A stretch of 64,000 nucleotides of DNA. Origin: Candidatus Bathyarchaeota archaeon. GTDB taxonomy: Archaea; Thermoproteota; Bathyarchaeia; TCS64. The translations under genes and the position numbers were made by a program. The DNA lies in the NCBI GenBank assembly GCA_018396865.1, contig JAGTRB010000005.1:1-64000 (forward strand), in the 5' to 3' direction. The notes beneath the pieces are model-generated. The model was not told where the DNA came from. It did not search any database and was given only the letters and a program-made list of their open reading frames with translations. Numbering within the stretch: position 1 is the stretch's first letter; each line of letters opens with the position of its first letter. Shown here one piece after another: positions 48,781-57,869 of the stretch.

Positions 48781-49434
48781 TTAAATGGTAATACTGGACT
48801 TATCTTGCAACTCAATTTTTTGAATTTTCACTCCTCTAGCCTTTAGCCCATTGAGGATGATAACTCCTATTATTCCTCCTATAAGGCCTCCGGCCCCATG
48901 GAGGGCTGCGAAGAAGGTAATCCCTCCATATGCAGAAAATACCTGGGTTGGAGCCATGAAGAAGCTGCCTATTATGAGGCCAGCTATAAGGGTTGATATA
49001 ACGGATATGAGGACTAGAAGGGCTGAGCCAATGAGCCTCCTATCAAGAAGGGTTCTATAACCTATGGCCCTTGAGGAGATGTCGAATACGAAGCTTGCAG
49101 CTGTGAACCCTAGAAAGTGGAGCGCTGTTGGTCTCAGCATGAAGTTGAGTATGGTCGCTATGAGCCCCATAGCCGATGCACATAGGGGCCTCCTGGTCCA
49201 CCAGATTGTGAGGATGAGGAGTGAGGCCCCAACCATATCGCAGAGGATGGGGAGGCGTGTGGCCTGCCAGAATATCGGTGTTATGGTCACGTTAAGTATG
49301 GCCCATGTTGAGGCCGCTAGGGATACTGCCACAATATCCCTCGTTTCTAGTCTCGGCATAACCTCACCAATGTTACGACTAACTTTTTCAGTAACACGAA
49401 TATAAGGCTTTTCCATTAGGTACGGTATGATCAT
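48781..49434 (-). CDS. Hypothetical 5-6 TM membrane protein divergent from nikR (start possibly the M at 49365)
   Basis: Hydrophobic profile and position; function not recognisable. Confidence 0.5.
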   Translation of the reverse strand: MIIPYLMEKPYIRVTEKVSRNIGEVMPRLETRDIVAVSLAASTWAILNVTITPIFWQATRLPILCDMVGASLLILTIWWTRRPLCASAMGLIATILNFMLRPTALHFLGFTAASFVFDISSRAIGYRTLLDRRLIGSALLVLISVISTLIAGLIIGSFFMAPTQVFSAYGGITFFAALHGAGGLIGGIIGVIILNGLKARGVKIQKIELQDKSSITI

Positions 49435-49445
49435 TCGGGGGAGGC

Positions 49446-49859
49446 TTGATGAAGCAGGGTGTGGTCAGGTTCAGTGTCTCACTTCCACCAACCCTTGTGA
49501 GGGAGTTCGACGAGACCTGGAGGAATATGCGATATGATAACAGGTCAAAGGCCCTCCACGATGCCCTCCGTAGCTTTATCACCGAGGTTGAGTGGATGAG
49601 GGAGGAGGGGGGCTTCATGGTCGGTGTGGTTATGGCTCTCCACTACCTGGATAGGCCTGGCCTTTTGGAGGAATTAGCCACTCTGTTAAGGGGGTTTAGA
49701 GGCATCATCTCATCGATCCAGCAGGTTTATGTGGAGGAGAACAAGATGCTGGGGGTCATCTCTGTGGCGGGAGAGGCTGGGGAGATCAAGAGGATGGCTC
49801 AGGAGCTTATGGCAAAGAAGGGAGTTAAGCAGGTTAAGGTCTCGGTCATCTCCCCATAG
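49446..49859 (+). CDS. nikR: NikR-like nickel-responsive regulator (RHH N-domain plus metal-binding C-domain)
   Basis: VVRFSVSLPPTLVREFDE (RHH), then ...ALHYLDRPGLL...VAGEAGEIKRMA, the ACT-like C-domain. Confidence 0.75.
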   Translation: MMKQGVVRFSVSLPPTLVREFDETWRNMRYDNRSKALHDALRSFITEVEWMREEGGFMVGVVMALHYLDRPGLLEELATLLRGFRGIISSIQQVYVEENKMLGVISVAGEAGEIKRMAQELMAKKGVKQVKVSVISP

Positions 49860-49881
49860 ATAAAATGCTGGCGCTGGCCCC

Positions 49882-50334
49882 TCATCCACGTTCTATTGTG
49901 AAAAGTTCCGATTCCTCAGCCTCAGCCAACCAGCTCAATAGCTTCTCTCCAGACCCCATGGAGAGTTCGGATCGGATTCGCCTTAAAACCTCCTCCCTTA
50001 AGGTTATCGTCAAAAATTCCTGAGACTTGATGAATTCCGCCTTTATTCCAGGGCCTTCCTCCACTTCTATGTTTCTCTTGCCAAGCGTGCACCCGGTGGA
50101 GAACTGGATTCCGTCAACTGTGCAGGACTCCGGGGGCTTCAATGGAAGGTAGACCCTACACCTGAGGTCGAACCATCCTCGAGCACCCAGTTTATTAAGG
50201 GCCACCAGCCCCATTCTCAGGCCTATGGCTAGATATGGGCCTCTATGCCCATGAAAATCCACAGCCCTACTGAATAGCTCATCCGACCAAGCTCTCTCCT
50301 TACGCATATCAGCCAACTCCAATCTACAACACAC
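49882..50334 (-). CDS. FmdE/FwdE-domain protein
   Basis: FHGHRGPYLAIGLRMG, the FwdE-family core. Confidence 0.65.
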   Translation of the reverse strand: MCCRLELADMRKERAWSDELFSRAVDFHGHRGPYLAIGLRMGLVALNKLGARGWFDLRCRVYLPLKPPESCTVDGIQFSTGCTLGKRNIEVEEGPGIKAEFIKSQEFLTITLREEVLRRIRSELSMGSGEKLLSWLAEAEESELFTIERG

Positions 50335-50363
50335 AATTAGGGTGACCTCACCTGTTTCTAGGG

Positions 50364-51158
50364 TTAGACCTCAACCTTCTCCACCTCCCCAGCTCTCGAT
50401 GTGGTTATCCCCTTCAGGGCTTGAGATGCTGCCGCCCTGAGGAAGGCGACGTCGCTGTCGATGGCGCAGAACTTGAAGCCCCTCTCTAGAGCCTCATTTA
50501 TGTTTGTGGGTCCAGGTGCCGTGGTGCAGTGCATCCCCGGCGCCACGCCATGCCTCTCTCCAGCCTCCACAATCCTGTCCAGTGCATCTATGAATTCTGG
50601 ATGATTGTATTTTCTATGTATACCCATATCCATTGTCAGATCTGATGGGCCTACGAAGCATGCGTCTACCCCCTCGATTGAGAAGATCTCATCTATATTT
50701 CTCACTCCCTTTTTTGTCTCGATCATAACTACGACGAGGGTCTCATCATTGGCTGTGGCAAAGTAGTCAGGATCCCCGAACGCCGCCAGTCTAGGGCCTG
50801 CACCCCTCTCCCCCTGGGGTGGGTACTTCACGAACCTTACGGCATCCTTAGCCATCTCAGCGCTCTCTATCCTCGGGATGACTAACCCCGTGGCTCCGGC
50901 ATCAAGGGCCTTCTTAGCCCAAATCGGGTCGTTCCATGGGATTCTGGCCATGGGCATACACCTCTCCCGGTTGTATAGCATGCCTTGAACCATGAAGTGG
51001 TAGGTCTCGGGGCCGAATGGCCCATGCTCCATGTCGCAGACCAGCCAGTCGAACCCGAGGTCCGCGAGGTACATGGATATGTCAGGATGGCCTATGGTGA
51101 TCCAGGTCCCGATGCTGGCTTCCCCGGCCTTCAGCTTCTTCTTGACCAGGTTTCTCAA
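50364..51158 (-). CDS. HpcH/HpaI-family aldolase / citrate-lyase beta-like
   Basis: GTWITIGHPDISMYLADLGFDWLVCDMEHGPF TIM-barrel start and family-wide similarity. Confidence 0.8.
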   Translation of the reverse strand: MRNLVKKKLKAGEASIGTWITIGHPDISMYLADLGFDWLVCDMEHGPFGPETYHFMVQGMLYNRERCMPMARIPWNDPIWAKKALDAGATGLVIPRIESAEMAKDAVRFVKYPPQGERGAGPRLAAFGDPDYFATANDETLVVVMIETKKGVRNIDEIFSIEGVDACFVGPSDLTMDMGIHRKYNHPEFIDALDRIVEAGERHGVAPGMHCTTAPGPTNINEALERGFKFCAIDSDVAFLRAAASQALKGITTSRAGEVEKVEV

Positions 51159-51218
51159 TCTGACACCTCTAATATATTCACGGAACTCGATTTAAAGATC
51201 TTGAACTCTTCCGGAACC

Positions 51219-53000
51219 TTAATTCTTTATCGCCTCAACCCAGCTGAACTTCTTCTGGAGGGTTGCGGGATAGTAGTCCCTCCAGCTGTATCCGATCCTC
51301 TTACCCCATATGTAGTAGACTCTGGGATCTATGTAGCTCTTAAGGGATGTGGTTAGGTTGTAGTCTCTAGTCTCTCTCTGGATCTCGACTTGAATTCTCA
51401 GTTCCTCGAGCCTATTCTTGTATCGAATTTTCAAATCATCTAATTTTTTTAAATTTTTTTTCATACAATTATCTCTCTCAATTTTTATTTTGCCTATACT
51501 CTTTCTCAAATTTTCAATTTTAATCTTTTTTCTATTTAATCTTTCCTTCAAACTTTTTATAGATTTTCCTTCAATCTTCCTTTTTTCAATTAATCCTTTC
51601 ACTTCTTCCATCCTTTTTCTTTCTTCATTCAAAGCCATCTCTTTTTTATATATTCTCTCCTTAAACCTTTTCTCCATATCACTCATTTTTTCTTTCAGCT
51701 TTTTTTCAGCTTTTCTATATTCAATTTTTAACTTTTCAATTTTTTCAATTTTTTTCTTAAGAGATGTTTCCCAAGTCTTTTGAGTTGCCCTCTTATGATT
51801 GCATATTTTTGCAGCCTCAAGGTTTGCCATAATTGCAATATACCTTTTTAAATACTTGGGATCTTCCTCCCTGACCTCTCTCTTCATCAGCTCTCTCTCC
51901 ACCGCGCTCGTCGCGTAATAGGTTCTGAAGACCTTAGCTGATAGGCCTGGGTGAACCTCATTCAGAAATTCGCTCACTCTCTCTGAGTCTATCCCCTCGA
52001 ATAGGGTGGAGCGCGCCATGACCATGAACTCCTTGAGGTTCCCAATGACCTCATCCGGCAATCTCGCGGTTATGAGGTGGCGAATTGAGTCCTTTCCGAG
52101 GAAGTCGAAGGTTACCGTGCCATCCTCGTTAAAGGTTAAGTGCTCTGGCCTCAGGGTTGAGGCCCCCACCGTGTCGGCTTCATCCTCATCCTTCTCGTCC
52201 CCCACCCTTATCTTCAGGGCGTCTATAAGGTAACATACCGTCGCTGTCTTCCTCCTTTTAGGGTCCTCAGAGGTGAGGTTCTCAAAGATGTGCCTCTTAA
52301 CCCTCTCTATGTTGTTCCCAAGCTCTCTAGCCTTCTCGAACTTCTCCAGCTCCCTCTTCTGCTTAAGGTAGGAGGATTCTGAGAGCCAGACATACTTCAT
52401 CTTCCCGCTCAGCTTATCCCTCCACCTGGCTATCCACATCGCATTCGGGTCCCAGACTATTCCCTTCCAGTTCCCCTTCGGCCTCGGAGCATCTGGGGAG
52501 AGGTTGAGCTCTATATCCTCCTCCCTGGGACCCTCCTTCCAGGAGCCACGCCTCGGGTGGTTTCCTCTGCCCATGAATATGGAGCTGGGCTCGACTGTGT
52601 AGTTCCCTATCTCCATCCTGACCCCGTCGACCCAGGCGTATCCATATAACTCCTTGTTCTCCTCTCTCCTCTTCCTCCTCTCCTCAGCCAGTCTCCTCCT
52701 CTCCTCCCTTGATAGGCTTGCCCTATACTCCCTATCCCTCAAAACCTCTCTGAATACCTCGGAGTAGTCTACATCCCCTGGCTTAACCTCGATCCCCAGC
52801 TTCTTAGAGAAATCTCGATGAAAGTTACTGGCGAAGACAGGATCCTCGACGTATGGCGTCCCCATCTTCTTAGCCCATGCCACAGCCATCTCCTCCTGCT
52901 CGGGGGTCAGCCTGAACTCAACTCCCCTGACCCAGACCCTAAGCCCCTTCGCCTCATACTTTGGAGGCACCAATACACCGTTATGTTGCAGCCTCTCCAT
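51219..53000 (-). CDS. topIB: Eukaryote-like type IB DNA topoisomerase with K/E-rich coiled-coil linker
   Basis: DTVGASTLRPEHL; FDFLGKDSIR is identical to human TOP1; KVFRTYYA; AKICNHKR; the catalytic Tyr lies in TTSLKSYIDPR. The linker at 51420-51800 is encoded by low-GC DNA. Confidence 0.9.
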   Translation of the reverse strand: MERLQHNGVLVPPKYEAKGLRVWVRGVEFRLTPEQEEMAVAWAKKMGTPYVEDPVFASNFHRDFSKKLGIEVKPGDVDYSEVFREVLRDREYRASLSREERRRLAEERRKRREENKELYGYAWVDGVRMEIGNYTVEPSSIFMGRGNHPRRGSWKEGPREEDIELNLSPDAPRPKGNWKGIVWDPNAMWIARWRDKLSGKMKYVWLSESSYLKQKRELEKFEKARELGNNIERVKRHIFENLTSEDPKRRKTATVCYLIDALKIRVGDEKDEDEADTVGASTLRPEHLTFNEDGTVTFDFLGKDSIRHLITARLPDEVIGNLKEFMVMARSTLFEGIDSERVSEFLNEVHPGLSAKVFRTYYATSAVERELMKREVREEDPKYLKRYIAIMANLEAAKICNHKRATQKTWETSLKKKIEKIEKLKIEYRKAEKKLKEKMSDMEKRFKERIYKKEMALNEERKRMEEVKGLIEKRKIEGKSIKSLKERLNRKKIKIENLRKSIGKIKIERDNCMKKNLKKLDDLKIRYKNRLEELRIQVEIQRETRDYNLTTSLKSYIDPRVYYIWGKRIGYSWRDYYPATLQKKFSWVEAIKN

Positions 53001-53191
53001 GTGCCCCTCAGCTTGGCTAAATTCCAGCTTGATCCGAAGTTTAAAATTTTATCTTTTCAGGAAGATGATGAACCATATGCACATTATTGATCCTGATTCA
53101 AAGGGGGATAAAATCACTTATTCTAAAAATAGGGGTATGAGATCAAGGATGGAGGGTTTTATCCCATATCACCAGGGTTTTTCTACTTGGA

Positions 53192-54496
53192 CTATCCAGT
53201 ATAGATCAGGGGGAAGGCTGAGTAGACCTTGATCCCCAGGACCAGGTTCTCGATGGTTACGTACTCATCTGGCTGGTGGGCCTTCCCGGTGAGGGAGGTT
53301 CCATAGCCGAGGCAGGGGATTCCGGTGAACCTCTTGATGCTTATGGCATCGGTGCCCCCGGTCAGTATCTTGAAGAGGGGCCTCTTTCCCACCACCCTTT
53401 CAATGGTCTCTGAGAGTTGTAGGGCGAAGGGTGAGCTGGGGGATTCATAGTACCCCACGGCCTCAGGTACATTTACCTCGACCTCAACGCCCGGCACCCC
53501 CGCCTCTGCCACGAGCATCTTTATCCTATCCCTCACCTTCGATGCGTTGCTCCCGGGTGTAAGCCTAATATCGAACTCGGCCTCCGCGTAGTCTGGCACG
53601 ACGTTGATCTTGACCCCACCACTGATCATGTTGCAGCTCACGGTGGGATAATGGAATGCCCTGGTGGCGGCCAGTCTCTGCTCCTCTGATAGCTTCTCAG
53701 TCTTCACTAGGAACTCTATCGAGTTCTTGATCGGCTCCTCCAACTCGGCTGGGAGTTCAAGCCTGTATTCCCCGATCCTCTCAACCCATGGGATCGCCTC
53801 TATCAGCCTCTTTATTGCGTTCTCCCCGAGGAAGGGTGTGCTCCCGTGGGCGGTCTTTCCCCTCGCTATCAACTTGGTCCTGGCGCCTCCCTTGCATCCT
53901 ATGTCTATGCTCGGGAGTTCGTATCCCCCGCCTGTTCCGTCGCCTATGATGCAGACGTCGCCCTTGAACTGTCCACTCTCGGATAGCCATCTTGCCCCGT
54001 CCCCTCCCCCGATCTCCTCGTCTGCGGTGAACCAGAACTCAACCGTGTTGGGGAGTTCCCCCTCTAACCCGCTCAGGATCCTCGCCGAGACCATCGCGGC
54101 TGCGCAGGCCCCCTTCATATCGCTTGACCCTCTGCCATAAACCAGTCCATCCTCGGTTATCTTTCCGCTGTATGGGGGATACCTCCAGAACTCGGCCTTC
54201 CCCTCTGGGACGACATCTAGATGTCCAACCCATAGGATCCTCCTACCAGAGGAGCCCTTAACCCTTGCGAAGATATTGGGCTTTAGGGGGTTCTTGCTCC
54301 TGATCTCGTTGTATATCCCATGTCTGTCCATATACTCTTTTATGAAGGCGACACAATCATCGGTCCTGCCCTCTGGATGGGCTGAGTTGAGCTTAACCAG
54401 CCCTGAGCAGAGCTCGGCCACCTCACCCCTGGCCCTCTCAGCCTCCGACAGAACTCTATTAAGGACTTGCATAAGCCTCAGATAATCCCCCACCAA
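53192..54496 (-). CDS. M20-family metallopeptidase, third paralog
   Basis: GHLDVVPEGKAEFWRYPPYSGKITEDGLVYGRGSSDMKGACAAAMV. Confidence 0.85.
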   Translation of the reverse strand: MVGDYLRLMQVLNRVLSEAERARGEVAELCSGLVKLNSAHPEGRTDDCVAFIKEYMDRHGIYNEIRSKNPLKPNIFARVKGSSGRRILWVGHLDVVPEGKAEFWRYPPYSGKITEDGLVYGRGSSDMKGACAAAMVSARILSGLEGELPNTVEFWFTADEEIGGGDGARWLSESGQFKGDVCIIGDGTGGGYELPSIDIGCKGGARTKLIARGKTAHGSTPFLGENAIKRLIEAIPWVERIGEYRLELPAELEEPIKNSIEFLVKTEKLSEEQRLAATRAFHYPTVSCNMISGGVKINVVPDYAEAEFDIRLTPGSNASKVRDRIKMLVAEAGVPGVEVEVNVPEAVGYYESPSSPFALQLSETIERVVGKRPLFKILTGGTDAISIKRFTGIPCLGYGTSLTGKAHQPDEYVTIENLVLGIKVYSAFPLIYTG

Positions 54497-54988
54497 TTAT
54501 ATATAAAACATTTTGGATGAAACATAGAGAAGACACTTAAAATTTGAGTTATATGGAAAATTCTGCGTCATAATCAAATTATTAACAATGATCTTATATA
54601 TAAAGAAACACTTGAAGATCGTTATACAATTAGTTAAAAAACATATCACTTCTATCAAGCGAGGGCCAGGGAACATGTTGTTATAGAGACCTCTTTCTCA
54701 AGGTGGGGGTGTATGTCTCAGGGCTTTTCAGAGGAGAAAAAATTGAAAGGTTATAATTAATGTTCTAACTAATAATGGAGGGATATTAGATTTTAAGTTG
54801 GTCTTTTTGGGGCCTCAGCTTAACTCTGACCGCTCATGTACTCGCCCTAATGCCTTCACATCATCGGCCTAAATGAAATAATATTAGGGTGATTAAATAG
54901 TTTTCTACGAACGGTTAGAAATATGGGATAGTGATTGTCGAGAGATGGAAGTTAGTTTATTATTGAAAATCAGTTACATGTGAGAAGT

Positions 54989-55576
54989 TCATTCTATTTT
55001 AATTGGTGTTCCTTTCTTTCTTTCTTTTTTCTTGTTGAATATCACTTCCAGTATGCCATTTTTATATGTAGATTTCGCTGAGAATTCATCCACCTCCACT
55101 GGTAACTCAAGCTCCTTATAGTATTTTCTCTGGGGAGTATCTACAGATATTGTGAGCATTCTCGCTGTGGCATAGAGGTTTATGTCCTCTTTCTCAACAC
55201 CAGGAAGCTCTGCGATCACCCTCACCCTCTCCGCCTCATCTATAACGTCAACTAGGGGCTCCCTCTGCTCCTGCAAGTTAAGCGGCGGCCGGCCCTCCAC
55301 ACCGAGGGAGGGCTTTATGTTGCCGAACTCCCTTATTATGGGTCTGCCATCAGGCCCTATCTTCATAGAGTAACCGTATACGAAGGGGCCGTACTCCCTC
55401 CTCACCGTTCCATCGGGCAATTGGAACTCCCTAACCATATCCGGGGGGATCGCCCTCTCCATCTCCTTGAACATCTCGGATATCTCCCTCTCCATGTCCT
55501 CTACCATCCTCTCAATATCTGGGAAGAAGAAGGTGCGTCGACGCCAGAACCTCCTGAACCAATCATCCAAGGACAT
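54989..55576 (-). CDS. hsp20: Small heat-shock protein (Hsp20/alpha-crystallin) with extended N-terminus
   Basis: ACD region: VDVIDEAERVRVIAELPGVEKEDINLYA...YKNGILEVIF. Confidence 0.85.
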   Translation of the reverse strand: MSLDDWFRRFWRRRTFFFPDIERMVEDMEREISEMFKEMERAIPPDMVREFQLPDGTVRREYGPFVYGYSMKIGPDGRPIIREFGNIKPSLGVEGRPPLNLQEQREPLVDVIDEAERVRVIAELPGVEKEDINLYATARMLTISVDTPQRKYYKELELPVEVDEFSAKSTYKNGILEVIFNKKKERKKGTPIKIE

Positions 55577-55649
55577 AGGAACACTACACCAACAATTGAT
55601 TCATAGTGGACACTTTTAAAGATTCTCAAAAATTGAGCCCTTTGAGTCA

Positions 55650-56153
55650 ATGGGGCGGTCGAGGAGCTTTGAATTAGAGGTGACCCGCCCCTCAGATTTT
55701 ATAGTTGGAGAAGCAGTAGTGATATCGGTAGCTGGATTGAGGCTGAAACTGTTATCATCCACGCAGAATATCGAGGCCATTATTGCGACGGCTCTACTGA
55801 CGACCTCCACCCCCTCAAACCCGATGGATATCTATCGCCGTTTACTGCGGGATCCTGAGAAGATAAAGGCCCTTTTAAATAGGGTTGAGCTACATCATGG
55901 GAGCCTCCTTGAACACAACCAACTATGCTGGCTCCTAGAGGCATCAAAGGATGAAGTTCTGGAGATTCTAATGAAAAGCCACTTCTTCTATGTAACCCCT
56001 CTAGGAGAGTTAAACTGGCTTGTGAGTTCAAACCTCAGGACTGCTCTGAGATACGTCCAGAGGCATAAAGATGAATTCTCAGAGGCCTTGATGGAGACGA
56101 TCAGGGCCGTCGCACCAAACCTCTCCGAGGTCTTAGGGAGGAATGAGATTTGA
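55650..56153 (+). CDS. Hypothetical protein with ThyX-N-terminal-like HHGSLLEH motif, lacking the RHR/SQRY active site
   Basis: VELHHGSLLEHNQLCWLLE resembles the ThyX GHxSxLEH motif. Its stop overlaps the thyX start. Weak call. Confidence 0.4.
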   Translation: MGRSRSFELEVTRPSDFIVGEAVVISVAGLRLKLLSSTQNIEAIIATALLTTSTPSNPMDIYRRLLRDPEKIKALLNRVELHHGSLLEHNQLCWLLEASKDEVLEILMKSHFFYVTPLGELNWLVSSNLRTALRYVQRHKDEFSEALMETIRAVAPNLSEVLGRNEI

Positions 56154-56773
56154 GGGTGGAGCTACTGAGCTACCTTTCCACGGAGCGGCTTCTCGAAGCC
56201 CTTAAGGGACTGGGCTTGGCATATCCAACTCCCGAGCGTCTCCTACCCCACGTCTCCTTTACCTTCTCAGTTGAGGGGATCAGCCGTGCCTGTTCTCATC
56301 AGCTCATCAGACATAGGACGGCCTCCTTCACCCAGCAGAGTCAGCGATTTGTTAAGGTTAAGAGGCTCAGGGAGCATGTGGTAATACCAGAGAGCGTTAG
56401 GGAGAGGGCTCTCCAGCCCTATTTGGAGTTCATCGATAAGACTGGGGAGTTGTATGTTAAACTGTTGGAGCTTGGGGTTCCAGGCGAGGATGCCAGGTTT
56501 GTGCTTCCAAACGCCACAACCACGAACCTGCTGGTTACGATGAACGGCTTAGCCCTCAGGCATTTCTTCGGCCTAAGATGCTGTTTAAGGGCCCAATGGG
56601 AGATAAGAAACCTAGCAGATATTATGCTACTGAAGGTCAGGTCAGCTGATCCCATGCTGCCAACCCTGGGGCCATATTGCCACCAGCTTGGATACTGCCC
56701 GGAGGGAAGGTTCTCCTGCGGGAGAATGACGGAGGTCAGGAAGAGATACGGCGAGCTCGCCGCTAATTTTTAA
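56150..56773 (+). CDS. thyX: Flavin-dependent thymidylate synthase ThyX
   Basis: SHQLIRHRTASFTQQSQRF (RHRxxS...SQRY motif), ARFVLPNATTTNL, AQWEIR. TTG or GTG start. Confidence 0.85.
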   Translation: MRVELLSYLSTERLLEALKGLGLAYPTPERLLPHVSFTFSVEGISRACSHQLIRHRTASFTQQSQRFVKVKRLREHVVIPESVRERALQPYLEFIDKTGELYVKLLELGVPGEDARFVLPNATTTNLLVTMNGLALRHFFGLRCCLRAQWEIRNLADIMLLKVRSADPMLPTLGPYCHQLGYCPEGRFSCGRMTEVRKRYGELAANF

Positions 56774-56816
56774 CCTTTCACAAATAAGATTCCATCAGGG
56801 AGGGCGTGCAGGTCTG

Positions 56817-57581
56817 ATGGAGGCTTGGAGGTTCCTGGATCTGGAGGAGGCGGACGGTTACTGGAACATGGCTGTAGACGAGGCCATAGCAAAGGCTAGG
56901 GGTGAGGGGGTGGTTCCCAACACCCTAAGGTTCTATATGTGGAGGCCATCAGCCGTCATCATAGGCTTCTTCCAGAGTGTTGATGAGGAGGTGGACCAGG
57001 AGGAGTGCAGGAGGCAGGGGATCGATATAGTGAGGAGGATAAGCGGTGGAGGGGCTGTGCTGAACAGTAGTGGAGGGGTCTTCACCTACACCATAGCCAT
57101 AGGAGGCGATGACCCGAGGATGGCGGGCGACATCGTGGACTCCTATAGGGTTCTGTGCGGAGGGCTCATCGAGGGCCTATCCATCCTCGGCCTGAAGGGG
57201 GAGTTCAAGCCAATAAACGACATAGTCGTGAGGGGTAGAAAGATATCTGGGAACGCACAGGTCAGGAAGTACGGGGTTGTTCTCCATCATGGGACCCTGC
57301 TCATAGACTTCGACCCCCACCTCATGGCGAGGGTTCTAAGAATATCTGAGGAGAAGCTCAGAGATAAGATGTTGAAGGAGGCTGAGGAGAGGGTCACAAC
57401 CATACGCAGGGAGATTGGGAGGGATGTCTCATTATGGGAGGTAAGAGACGCCATGTTGGAGGGTTTCAGGAGAGCCCTTAACGTTGAGCTGGTTCCAGGG
57501 AGACTTTCCAGATATGAGGAGGAGCTGGCTAGGGAGTTGAGGAAGAAGTACTCCTCCCCTGAATGGATCTATAGGAGGTGA
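56817..57581 (+). CDS. lplA: Lipoate-protein ligase A, catalytic N-terminal domain (split LplA)
   Basis: BPL/LplA/LipB fold, GRKISGNAQVRKYGVVLHHGTLL. Confidence 0.85.
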   Translation: MEAWRFLDLEEADGYWNMAVDEAIAKARGEGVVPNTLRFYMWRPSAVIIGFFQSVDEEVDQEECRRQGIDIVRRISGGGAVLNSSGGVFTYTIAIGGDDPRMAGDIVDSYRVLCGGLIEGLSILGLKGEFKPINDIVVRGRKISGNAQVRKYGVVLHHGTLLIDFDPHLMARVLRISEEKLRDKMLKEAEERVTTIRREIGRDVSLWEVRDAMLEGFRRALNVELVPGRLSRYEEELARELRKKYSSPEWIYRR

Positions 57582-57869
57582 ATGGGATTGGGTAAAGCGG
57601 AGTTCAAGGTCCCTGGAGGCAAGCTCATAAGGGCGAGGGTTGAGGTTATGAATGGAAAGGTCAGATTCGTGAGGTTCACCGGGGACTTCTTCATGACGCC
57701 GGAGGAGGACCTTGAAGAGCTTGAGAACAGGCTTATTGGCATAGAGGCTGACCCCGATGTAGCTAGGGAAGCTGTGATCTCATACTTCAGGGCGAAGGGG
57801 ACTTCGATTGTGGGCGGAAAGGCTGAGGACTTCGCTCATGTTCTAGCCATGGCTCTTAGGTCGGCTTAG
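57582..57869 (+). CDS. lplB: Lipoate-protein ligase C-terminal accessory domain protein (LplB-like)
   Basis: A 95-aa protein immediately downstream of lplA-N, matching the archaeal split arrangement. Confidence 0.7.
   Translation: MGLGKAEFKVPGGKLIRARVEVMNGKVRFVRFTGDFFMTPEEDLEELENRLIGIEADPDVAREAVISYFRAKGTSIVGGKAEDFAHVLAMALRSA

Noticed and set aside
51418-51783. Plus-strand 121-aa ORF (F/S/I/L-rich)
   Set aside because: Antisense to the K/E-rich linker of topoisomerase IB; a composition artefact of the AT-rich repeat.
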